This document shows, piece by piece, positions 1 through 8,168 of a DNA stretch of 50,702 bases. The stretch spans positions 1-50,702 of the forward strand of contig DRNA01000172.1 of NCBI GenBank assembly GCA_011322365.1, written 5' to 3'. The notes under the pieces are model-generated. The model worked only from the letters and a program-made list of their open reading frames with translations, made no database searches and was not told the DNA's origin. Source of the stretch: Aeromonadales bacterium. GTDB lineage: Bacteria; Pseudomonadota; Gammaproteobacteria; Enterobacterales; GCA-002770795. Positions within the stretch are counted from its first letter, which is position 1; each line of letters begins with the position of its first letter. Position numbers and translations under genes: made by a program.

Positions 1-1291
1 AGGTCTGTTCGATATAGATGGCGTGATGCGTGGTAAATATATGAGCAAGGCGAAATTTTTCTCCGCATTGGATCAGGGTTTTGCTTTTTGTGATGTGGTG
101 TTGGGTTGGGATTCCAGTGATGAGCTTTATGATAATGTCTCTTATACCGGCTGGCATACGGGTTACCCTGATGCTCCTGTCAGAATCATTCCGAATAGTT
201 GTCGTGCGGTGCCTTTTGAAGACAATATGTTGCTGTTTATGGCGGAATTTTGTCAGCAGGCGGAATCTCTTTGCCCACGTGGCGTGCTACGAAAAGTGAT
301 CGAAAAAGGCAAAGCGATGGGTTTTGAAGCGAGCGCGGCGTTTGAATATGAATTTTTTATGTTTAATGAAACCCCAGAGAGCATTCGCGAAAAAAACTAT
401 CAGAATCTTTCCCCCATTACTCCCGGCTCGTTTGGTTATTCCATGCTACGAAATTCTGTTCATGCGGAACTTTATCAGCAATTATTAGCCCTTGCCGAAG
501 CAATGGATTTTCCCATCGAAGGACTGCACACCGAAACCGGGCCAGGCGTTATTGAAGCCGCTATTACCTATGATAATGCCAGCAATGCAGCAGATAAGGC
601 GGCACTATTTAAAACCTTTACCAAAATCTGGGCACAGCGTAATAACATGATGGCAACCTTTATGGCGAAATGGTCTGAAGATTTGCCGGGACAAAGTGGT
701 CATATCCATATTTCGTTAAAAGACAGTAACGGTAATGCCGCTTTTTTTGATGAGACTAAAGAGCACAACATGAGTGAAATTCAACGCCATTTTGTCGCTG
801 GACAACAACAGTTAATGCCAGAATTTTTAGCCATGATAGCGCCAACGGTGAACAGTTATAGTCGCATGGTGCCGGGTCAATGGGCACCCCTTAATGCCAC
901 CTGGGGCATAGAAAACAGAACCACCGCGCTACGGGTTATTCCAGGGTCAGAAAAATCCCAACGGGTAGAGTACCGGCTGGGCGCGGCCGATGCGAATCCT
1001 TTCCTGGCATTAGCCGCTGCACTGGGATCAGGGCTTTATGGCATAGAACAAAAACTGCAGCCAACGGCCGCGATTGAAGGTAATGCCTATGAACAGGAAC
1101 AACCAGAAGCTCTGGCACTACCGCAAACCCTAACTGAAGCGGCACAGCGTTTAAAGCAGTCCGAGGTTGCCAACAATCTTTTCGGATCAGATTTTGTCGA
1201 TCATTTTGCCGCCTCCCGAGAGTGGGAAGAACGCCAATTTCGCCAAAAGGTAACCGACTGGGAGTTGCAGCGTTATTTTGAAATTATCTAG
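1..1291 (+). CDS. Glutamine synthetase family protein (gamma-glutamyl-amine synthetase-like), 5' end outside the window
   Basis: The frame is open from base 2 (GLFDIDGVMRGK...), so the listed GTG at 23 is not the real start. It reads as a GS catalytic domain throughout (GPGVIEAAITY, GQSGHIHISL, NSYSRMVPG, ENRTTALRV, VEYRLGAADANP). Confidence 0.85.
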   Translation, partial: GLFDIDGVMRGKYMSKAKFFSALDQGFAFCDVVLGWDSSDELYDNVSYTGWHTGYPDAPVRIIPNSCRAVPFEDNMLLFMAEFCQQAESLCPRGVLRKVIEKGKAMGFEASAAFEYEFFMFNETPESIREKNYQNLSPITPGSFGYSMLRNSVHAELYQQLLALAEAMDFPIEGLHTETGPGVIEAAITYDNASNAADKAALFKTFTKIWAQRNNMMATFMAKWSEDLPGQSGHIHISLKDSNGNAAFFDETKEHNMSEIQRHFVAGQQQLMPEFLAMIAPTVNSYSRMVPGQWAPLNATWGIENRTTALRVIPGSEKSQRVEYRLGAADANPFLALAAALGSGLYGIEQKLQPTAAIEGNAYEQEQPEALALPQTLTEAAQRLKQSEVANNLFGSDFVDHFAASREWEERQFRQKVTDWELQRYFEII

Positions 1292-1410
1292 GTAATGGTC
1301 AATAGTGTTTGTGCTTAAATTCCTTCGGGGTCATTGGACTAAGAGCAAATCTTTAAATTGACTTGCACTGATCCCATTATTTTCAGAAGACTAAAACGAC
1401 TACTAAATTC

Positions 1411-1789
1411 AAAAGCGAAAACCGTCAAGGGGAGATTACCGAATCTCCCCTTAACAATCCCCTGCGGCCCCCCGATCGCAAGCCCTGCGGGTCCCCGGAT
1501 TGAAAAATGTGCTTTCGAGTGGTCGTGCTACACAGACGTCCTGTCTGATCGCACTCAATCAGGCGTCCATGCCTGATTGACCACTGAGCACATTTTTAAA
1601 TCCGGCTTGCTCAAAGGGGGGAATCTCACCCCACTGTTCTATCTGAGAAACTTGTTCCTAACTATGAACGTACACTAGACTTCACATATGAAAATGTATT
1701 TTTTTCGAAACACGAAACACGCGCCTGAATTACTCAGTCATCTTGAGCGAAGTATAATGAAGTCGAAAGATCTTAAGAACCCACAACCA
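1411..1789 (+). repeat. Arm A of a long imperfect inverted repeat (partner 3744-4201)
   Basis: By-eye alignment with the reverse complement of 3744-4201. The outer hairpin 1427-1452 is identical in both arms and the blocks aacaatcccctgcggcc and gatcgcaagccctgcggg are shared. The arms also share the core 1495-1605 and a short inner palindrome, gtcatcttgagcg...gatcttaagaaccc. Confidence 0.85.
1495..1605 (+). other. Multi-hairpin structured core of arm A (candidate structured RNA or ssDNA element)
   Basis: Closing stem 1495-1513/1587-1605 (18 of 19 bp) and inner stem 1519-1524/1579-1584. There is a 4-bp stem 1525-1528/1551-1554 around hairpin 1533-1547, and a perfect 8-bp hairpin 1557-1578 with loop GTCCAT. 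Confidence 0.5.
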
Positions 1790-2275
1790 AAAGTTATTCA
1801 AAACATGTCCTACTTTGAGAAAAATATCTAATGTCCAGACATCACGCATCGTCAGCGATATATCAAGTGAACATAAATTCTGTGAAAGCTAAAAATCAAA
1901 TTTATGAGATAAAAATAAATTTTCGACATTCACTATGTTTGGCATGTAAAGCACAAAAGAAAGCACAAAAGGGACAGACACTTTCCCATTGTTGCTGAGT
2001 ACTTTTTATCTAGGAGTGCCTGTCCTTATTTCCTTGAACAATTGTTTGTCTTGGGTTTAACCATACCTTAAAACTGCCTTGTTTTGTATAGCAAAATTAC
2101 TAATGTTGAATTTTTCCTTACCCTGAAAGGTTTAGACAGCAGACAGGGCTTTAGTTATCGACCTTTTGTTTTAACAATTTAAACTTTGGAAAGAGTAAAT
2201 AACGCCGCAATATGGGGCGCATAAATGCTTGGCTAAAATTGGCGACGAAGGAGCACAAGCCAAGCGTGTGGAGTC

Positions 2276-2776
2276 CTACACATAATTACCTTGTAAGCTA
2301 CGCCCAAGTGCTGAACGAATTATGTTTATGTTTATCTTATTTTTACCCCAAGTCGCAACTGAAGACTGTTTGTAAGGGGAAGGATGAGAATTAATATAAA
2401 TATTGTCCTTTTCAAACTTGATAGTGATCAGTTCTCCCCAACTTCTCCATGTGCGCTTTGTCTCTGCAATGATTTCAGAGTTTTCCTTACTCTCCAACAC
2501 TTCCCAATCATGCTTTATTATTTCTTCCAAGCAAATCATATAATTTGCACTCGTACCGGGAAAATTCAGCGCTATAACTTTTAAATTTTCTTTTTGTTTA
2601 AAATGGAAACCCAAAGCCATTAACGTAAATGGAACAGCCATAATCAATGCTATTGGATCGAACTCAAGCATGAACAATGAGTACCCAGCCAAACCAATAA
2701 AAAAAGCGGGCAACACATACAGGAAAAACCAATCTTCCTTTCTCGGCTTTAGTTCTTTCTTCAACGCATACTCCAA
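2276..2776 (-). CDS. Hypothetical membrane protein (two N-terminal TM segments plus a soluble domain)
   Basis: 166-aa ORF with a TTG start. Hydrophobic stretches are FFLYVLPAFFIGLAGYSLFML and IALIMAVPFTLMALGF. No family was recognised. Confidence 0.45.
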   Translation of the reverse strand: MEYALKKELKPRKEDWFFLYVLPAFFIGLAGYSLFMLEFDPIALIMAVPFTLMALGFHFKQKENLKVIALNFPGTSANYMICLEEIIKHDWEVLESKENSEIIAETKRTWRSWGELITIKFEKDNIYINSHPSPYKQSSVATWGKNKININIIRSALGRSLQGNYV

Positions 2777-2885
2777 GTGCAGCTAAAGCCTAGCTCACCG
2801 CGCTGAGTGATGTGGCGACTTTTTTGTTGTACTTTGCAAAAAATGCTACACATTACGAAGTCCGGTGGAGCTACTTGTTAGAAAT

Positions 2886-3407
2886 TTATTCATTTATTAC
2901 CAACCCATAATACTCAATGATTTGCTTTGATGGGTATAGAAATTGTTTGTATCTCGCCCACTCAGGGTCTTGTTTTACATTTATATATGGTTTGCGGTCT
3001 TGGCAGTGTGTTGAGTAAAAACTGTTTAAAGCTTGCTCCGCTTCTTCCTTATTTTGTACGTAAATATAGTGCAACTGTTCATTTTGATAAGTAAATGTGC
3101 CTACATACTTGATTGGTATTTTTGACTCTAGATAGCTAACGAGAGCTTCTTGCAATTTGTTTAAACTATCGATTTGATTTGGACCAGGAAGGCCTTCTGT
3201 GTTCAATTTTTCATAGGTTATGCCAGTAACCATGACAAAAGGGTAATCAGTGACTGGAGCCAATTTGTTAAATCTCAAATCAACACGAGTAGAACTAGGA
3301 CCATTCTCTTGGCTGGATAGATAAGACCACCACTGTTCCTCAGCGGCTACTAAACCCGAAAAAAACAAGCCTATTACTATTATGATTCGGGACATTATTA
3401 GTCTCAT
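2886..3407 (-). CDS. Secreted DUF695-like protein
   Basis: Signal-like MRLIMSRIIIVIGLFFSGLVAAEE. The pattern W.Y....P....VDL....P....P...V, then GLP...Q...L..L...L and a C-terminal DPEWARYKQFLYP, resembles DUF695. The start was chosen at the ATG before the signal peptide; the ORF is open up to 3458. Confidence 0.5.
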   Translation of the reverse strand: MRLIMSRIIIVIGLFFSGLVAAEEQWWSYLSSQENGPSSTRVDLRFNKLAPVTDYPFVMVTGITYEKLNTEGLPGPNQIDSLNKLQEALVSYLESKIPIKYVGTFTYQNEQLHYIYVQNKEEAEQALNSFYSTHCQDRKPYINVKQDPEWARYKQFLYPSKQIIEYYGLVINE

Positions 3408-3743
3408 TTTATTTCTATCAGCTAATTCTAACGCAAATGGCATCTTAATACTTTTCACTATAATTCTTTTCTACTCTCATTTCAATTTGTGCCTTGTATT
3501 ACTCATAATTTAATTCAAAGACTTTTTGTTTATTAACCTAAATCTCTAAACTCTAATAAACACGGGTTTGTTAGCCTCTTCTCCATTTAGGTTGTTTCTT
3601 TTTTAGCTCGTTCCATGAAATATATACGCTGATGTTTTGACTTTCAAATTTAGACAAAATAGGCATTTTGCCTTTGTTTTCTGAAAGGCACTGCTAAAAG
3701 CCTGATGGTTTTTTGGGTAGTTTTGGTTTTCTGTAACAATGTA

Positions 3744-4201
3744 TGGTTGAGGGTTCTTAAGATCCTTCGATAAACTCAGGATGACAAAAAAGCGAGTTTC
3801 GAGAAATGATAGATTTTTAATAGTTATAAGCTTGAACAGAGGAGTGGGCTCCCCCCTTTAAGCAAGCCGGGTTTAAAAATGTGCTCAGTGGGCAAACGGA
3901 TATGGACATCCGATTGAGTGCGATCAGACACGGACAAGGTGAATGCCGTAGGCAGAGAGGGTGACCTGGGTTAAGTCTGTGTAGCACGACCACTCGAAAG
4001 TACATTTTTAAATCCGGGGTCCCGCAGGGCTTGCGATCTTGGCCGATAATAGCTTATCTCCAGGGAAGGAGTGTATGCAATAATCATGTTGGGAACATGA
4101 TTTGTCCTGCATGATCGGCATTCTCACCATCCATGGTGATCGGGCCGCAGGGGATTGTTAAGGGGAGATTCGGTAATCTCCCCTTAACGGTTTAGGCTTT
4201 T
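3744..4201 (-). repeat. Arm B of the long imperfect inverted repeat (partner 1411-1789)
   Basis: Its reverse complement aligns with arm A. It has the outer hairpin 4160-4185, the core 3867-4017, and the short inner palindrome gggttcttaagatccttcgataaactcaggatgac. It carries two extra internal segments (3930-3974 and about 4040-4140). Confidence 0.85.
3867..4017 (-). other. Multi-hairpin structured core of arm B
   Basis: Same architecture as 1495-1605. The closing stem is 17 of 19 bp. Hairpin 3894-3915 has the conserved loop, and three base pairs are changed on both strands relative to arm A. A 45-nt insertion sits in the loop of the small hairpin (stem 3925-3929/3975-3979). Confidence 0.5.
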
Positions 4202-4291
4202 CACTTCCAAAGCAATAGATATACAATACCGGCCATTATTGGTTAGAATAACTTATCATTGCCCCAACAGTTATAAACACTAAAAAACACT

Positions 4292-5683
4292 ATGCACCCA
4301 AAACAGATCACCCGTTCACCTATTGATGATTCCATTTATGTGGAGCGAGAATTGGCCAGCCCTGGTGCTATTGAAACTGCTCTGGTTACAGCCAGTAAAG
4401 CCCAGCAGCAATGGCAGAAAACTGGTGTGGCCGAACGGGCGGCCATTTGTCATGCTATGGTGGATGCTTTTATTGCCAATGAAGATGAAATTGCCGAGCA
4501 ACTTTGCTGGATGATGGGACGGCCTGTTCGTTATGCTAAAGGTGAGGTGGCGGGCATGGCTGAACGTGCGCGTTATATGATTGATATTGCGGCTGAGGCT
4601 CTGGCGCCCATTGAATTAGCTGAAAAACCGGGGTTTATTCGTTACATTAAACGCGAACCTCTGGGCGTGGTTTTTGTGGTTGCGCCCTGGAATTATCCCT
4701 ATCTGACGGCGGTTAATAGCATTGTTCCAGCAATTATGGCGGGCAATGCGGTGCTATTAAAGCACTCGGCACAAACACCTTTATGTGCTGAGCAGTTTGC
4801 CCGTGCATTTGATTTGGCGGGGTTGCCTGAAGGCGTGTTTCAATATTTGCACATGAGTCACAGTGATACGGAAAATATGATTAAAAATCCATTGATTGAC
4901 TATGTGGCTTTTACCGGCTCAGTAGCTGGTGGTGAAATGGTTGAACGGGCCAGTACCGGTCGTTTTATTGGCAAAGGTCTGGAACTTGGCGGTAAAGACC
5001 CTGCCTATGTGCGTGCTGATGCCGATATTGATTACGCCGTTGAAACCTGTGTGGATGGGGCATTTTTTAATTCCGGTCAATCCTGTTGTGGTATTGAACG
5101 TATTTATGTAGCCGCTCCGGTATTTGATGAGTTTGTGGAAAAAGCGGTGAAATTAATCAACGAGTATCGATTAGGCCGCTCCGATGAAATGGAAACAACT
5201 TTAGGTCCAATGGTAAGGGCCAGTGCAGCTGATTTTGTGCGAGGGCAAATTGATGAAGCCGTTAAAGCCGGTGCCATCGCACATATTGATAGCGGGCAGT
5301 TTCCTCTGGATCAACCGGGTTCTGCTTATCTGGCGCCGCAATTGTTAACCGGCCTGGATCACTCTATGAGCCTGATGCGAGATGAGAGTTTTGGACCGGT
5401 AGTGGGTGTGATAAAAGTTGACAGTGACGAACAAGCCATTGATTTGATGAATGATTCAGAATTTGGCCTGACCGCTTCTGTTTTCAGTTCGGATATTGAG
5501 GCGGCAACCGCAATTGGTGATCAACTGGATACCGGGACCTTTTTTATTAATCGTTGTGACTATCTTGACCCCGCGCTGGCCTGGGTCGGGGTTAAAAATT
5601 CCGGGCACGGTTGTACGCTTTCTGCGCTGGGGTATCACAATTTAACACGCCCTAAATCTTATCATTTAAAAACTGAAATTTGA
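4292..5683 (+). CDS. NAD(P)-dependent aldehyde dehydrogenase
   Basis: ALDH signatures are present: VVAPWNYP, FTGSVAGG, LELGGKDP and the catalytic-Cys region FFNSGQSCCGIERIYV. Confidence 0.9.
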   Translation: MHPKQITRSPIDDSIYVERELASPGAIETALVTASKAQQQWQKTGVAERAAICHAMVDAFIANEDEIAEQLCWMMGRPVRYAKGEVAGMAERARYMIDIAAEALAPIELAEKPGFIRYIKREPLGVVFVVAPWNYPYLTAVNSIVPAIMAGNAVLLKHSAQTPLCAEQFARAFDLAGLPEGVFQYLHMSHSDTENMIKNPLIDYVAFTGSVAGGEMVERASTGRFIGKGLELGGKDPAYVRADADIDYAVETCVDGAFFNSGQSCCGIERIYVAAPVFDEFVEKAVKLINEYRLGRSDEMETTLGPMVRASAADFVRGQIDEAVKAGAIAHIDSGQFPLDQPGSAYLAPQLLTGLDHSMSLMRDESFGPVVGVIKVDSDEQAIDLMNDSEFGLTASVFSSDIEAATAIGDQLDTGTFFINRCDYLDPALAWVGVKNSGHGCTLSALGYHNLTRPKSYHLKTEI

Positions 5684-5691
5684 GAACGCAT

Positions 5692-6870
5692 ATGGCGCTT
5701 GAACAATTTACCGCTAACTGGAACTACCCCACCAATATTCGACAGGGTCTGGGACGAATCAAAGAACTGCCGGATGTCTGTAAACAACTGGGTATGCAAG
5801 CGCCTTTATTGATTACCGATCCCGGACTTGCCGAAATGACTATAGTGACATCGGCTTGCAAAGCCTGTTGTGATGCCGGCCTGAGTTGTGAAATATTCTC
5901 GGATATTGTCAGTAACCCCACCGAGGAAAATGTGGCAAAGGGTGTTGAAGTCTATGGGCAAGGCGATCATGATGGCGTGATTGCCTTTGGTGGTGGCTCG
6001 GCCATAGATGCGGCAAAAGCGGTGGCATTGATGGTGGGACAGGATCGTCCATTGTGGGATTTCGAAGATATCGCGGATAACTGGAGCCGGGTGAATGTGG
6101 CTAAAATGGCTCCGGTTGTTGCCGTGCCCACCACGGCAGGCACCGGCTCGGAAGTGGGGCGTGCCTCGGTGATTACTGACAGTAAAAATCACATTAAGCG
6201 ACTCATTTTTCATCCAAAAATGCTACCTGAAATGGTGATTCTGGATGCGGAATTAACCTTTGGGCTACCGGCTCATCTGACTGCTGCAACCGGCATGGAT
6301 GCGTTTTCACATGCACTGGAAGCCTACTGTGCCGATTATTATCACCCCATGGCTGAAGGTATTGCATTGGAGGCCATCCGGCTGGTAAAGGATTATCTGC
6401 CTCGGGCCACCGAAAATGGCCAGGATCGGCAAGCACGTTCTCAATTACTGGTGGCATCCACCATGGGGGCTACGGCATTTCAACGGGGGCTGGGTGCGAT
6501 GCATGCACTGGCACATCCATTGGGCGCACTTTATAACAGCCACCATGGTTTACTGAACGCTATTCTGATGCCCTATGTTTTGCAGGCTAACCGAGCGGCA
6601 ATCGAAGTAAAAATAGCACGATTAGCCACTTATCTTGAGCTGCCTGATACCACTTTTTCCGGGTTTTTACGATGGGTAGTTGATTTGCGCGAACAACTGG
6701 GTATCCCGCATACCCTGGCTGACATTAATATTGATGAGGCTAAAAGTGAACAGATAGGGCAAATGGCTTTCGACGATCCCAGTGCTGCTGGTAACCCCGT
6801 GGCGTTTAGTGCATCTGAATACCGTCAACTTTTTGAAAACGCGCGCAGGGGTCGGTTATCGCTTGATTAA
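5692..6870 (+). CDS. Iron-containing (group III) alcohol dehydrogenase
   Basis: GGGSAIDAAKAVA and VPTTAGTGSE are present, plus His-rich metal-site blocks (GMDAFSHALEAY, MHALAHPLG). The ATG at 5692 is preferred over the TTG at 5680. Confidence 0.88.
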   Translation: MALEQFTANWNYPTNIRQGLGRIKELPDVCKQLGMQAPLLITDPGLAEMTIVTSACKACCDAGLSCEIFSDIVSNPTEENVAKGVEVYGQGDHDGVIAFGGGSAIDAAKAVALMVGQDRPLWDFEDIADNWSRVNVAKMAPVVAVPTTAGTGSEVGRASVITDSKNHIKRLIFHPKMLPEMVILDAELTFGLPAHLTAATGMDAFSHALEAYCADYYHPMAEGIALEAIRLVKDYLPRATENGQDRQARSQLLVASTMGATAFQRGLGAMHALAHPLGALYNSHHGLLNAILMPYVLQANRAAIEVKIARLATYLELPDTTFSGFLRWVVDLREQLGIPHTLADINIDEAKSEQIGQMAFDDPSAAGNPVAFSASEYRQLFENARRGRLSLD

Positions 6871-6947
6871 ATGGATCGCCATGCGTTAGATTGACATAAC
6901 AGCGTTTTAGCCGCAATTTCGGACTATATACTCGGACCATATACAAA

Positions 6948-8168
6948 ATGCATACAGCCTGCCATGAGTGCGATCTGTTAGTCGATATTCCTGACCTGCC
7001 CGAAGGCAGTAAAGCAGTTTGTCCGCGCTGTGATTATGTCATTACCTCAAAGCACAGGAATTCACAGGATCGGGTTTTGGCTTATGCCATCACCGCCTTA
7101 ATTTTTTTGATATTATCATTTATTTTTCCTTTTTTAACCTTTAGTGCTCAGGGCCAGGATAGAACCGTGACTCTGGTACAGAGCATTACCGTACTGGCTA
7201 ATGAGAATTTTATCAGTCTGTCGATTATAATTTTCAGTGCCATTATAGTTATACCGGCATTGTATTTGTTAAGTGCTATCTACATTTATATTTCGTTTAA
7301 AATAAAAAAATTATTGCCCTATACGGTCACCCAGTTAAAATTAATCGGGCATTTACAGCATTGGAGTATGGCTGAGATTTTTCTTATCGGTATTCTGGTT
7401 AGCTTCGTTAAAATTGCTTCATTAGCCGATGTGACACTTGGTCTGTCATTCTGGTCTTATGTGCTGTTTATTATTTTTATGACAGCGACTATTTTACATA
7501 TTGATCAACATCAGGCCTGGCGCTGGTTAATTGCTTTAAATCCTGAAAAACAAAGTAAACAGCATATTCCATCTGATTATAAAAGTTGTGATGTCTGTAT
7601 GAGTCTGGCAGAAGCAGGTGCAGAACACTGCCTTGTATGTGGCTCTAAGTTACATCATCGCATTGAAAACAGTTTACAGAAAACCTGGGCTCTTTTAATT
7701 ACCTCGGTCATATTATATATTCCTGCAAACCTGTTGCCGATTATGCATACGGTTTTTCTGGGTGAAGAAACAGCCAATACCCTATTAGGTGGTGTACTGG
7801 TTTTGTGGAAACACGGTTCCTACCCTATCGCCATTATTATTTTTATTGCCAGTGTGCTGGTGCCAGTGATAAAAATAGTGATACTGTCATGGCTTTGTTA
7901 TAGCATTCAAAGCCGAAGTCAGAAATCGTTTAAACAAAAAACCCGACTTTACCGTTTTACCGAATTGATTGGACGCTGGTCAATGGTGGATGTGTTTGTA
8001 GTAGCGATATTAGTGGCACTGATTAAATTGGGTAATATCATGAGTATTTATCCCGGTTGGGGTGCAGTCGCTTTTGCTGGTATGGTGGTGACCTCGGTGT
8101 TGGCTGCAATGAGTTTTGATCCAAGATTAATATGGGATAATGCAAATCAAGAGAGTGATCATGAGTGA
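6948..8168 (+). CDS. pqiA: Paraquat-inducible protein A (two PqiA repeats)
   Basis: There are two CxxC...CxxC zinc-ribbon-like segments (CHECD...CPRCD and CDVC...CLVCG), each followed by TM bundles. The gene precedes pqiB and pqiC. Confidence 0.88.
   Translation: MHTACHECDLLVDIPDLPEGSKAVCPRCDYVITSKHRNSQDRVLAYAITALIFLILSFIFPFLTFSAQGQDRTVTLVQSITVLANENFISLSIIIFSAIIVIPALYLLSAIYIYISFKIKKLLPYTVTQLKLIGHLQHWSMAEIFLIGILVSFVKIASLADVTLGLSFWSYVLFIIFMTATILHIDQHQAWRWLIALNPEKQSKQHIPSDYKSCDVCMSLAEAGAEHCLVCGSKLHHRIENSLQKTWALLITSVILYIPANLLPIMHTVFLGEETANTLLGGVLVLWKHGSYPIAIIIFIASVLVPVIKIVILSWLCYSIQSRSQKSFKQKTRLYRFTELIGRWSMVDVFVVAILVALIKLGNIMSIYPGWGAVAFAGMVVTSVLAAMSFDPRLIWDNANQESDHE

Noticed and set aside
1358-1576. 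72-aa ORF, and the similar 62-aa ORF at 3817-4005, inside the inverted-repeat arms
   Set aside because: Both lie on stem-loop-forming repeat sequence. The two copies are not conserved at the protein level, because the differences are compensatory in stems rather than synonymous. Neither has a ribosome-binding site.
1411-4201. Retron, DGR or invertible-promoter (inverton) interpretation of the inverted repeats
   Set aside because: No reverse transcriptase or site-specific recombinase lies in or near the unit. The arms are long, divergent and structured, rather than short identical recombination sites. DGR repeats would be direct repeats with adenine-specific differences.
5806-6213. Antisense or out-of-frame ORFs nested inside large genes (for example 5806-6213, 8695-9009, 13126-13458, 16997-17329, 25155-25478, 35318-35677, 39275-39688, 46900-47325 and 50363-50647)
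   Set aside because: Each is fully embedded in a gene with strong family signatures on the other strand or frame. None has a recognisable domain. They are typical shadow ORFs.
8140-8160. Upstream start for pqiB given in the ORF track, and likewise 20199 for the thioredoxin-like gene, 35271 for the S8 protease, 38944 for icd, 42863 for the CDF transporter and 44911-45210 for DUF2789
   Set aside because: In each case a downstream ATG coincides with where the recognisable protein begins and gives normal gene spacing or coupling. In most cases it also follows a better ribosome-binding site. The longer forms add unconserved-looking residues.
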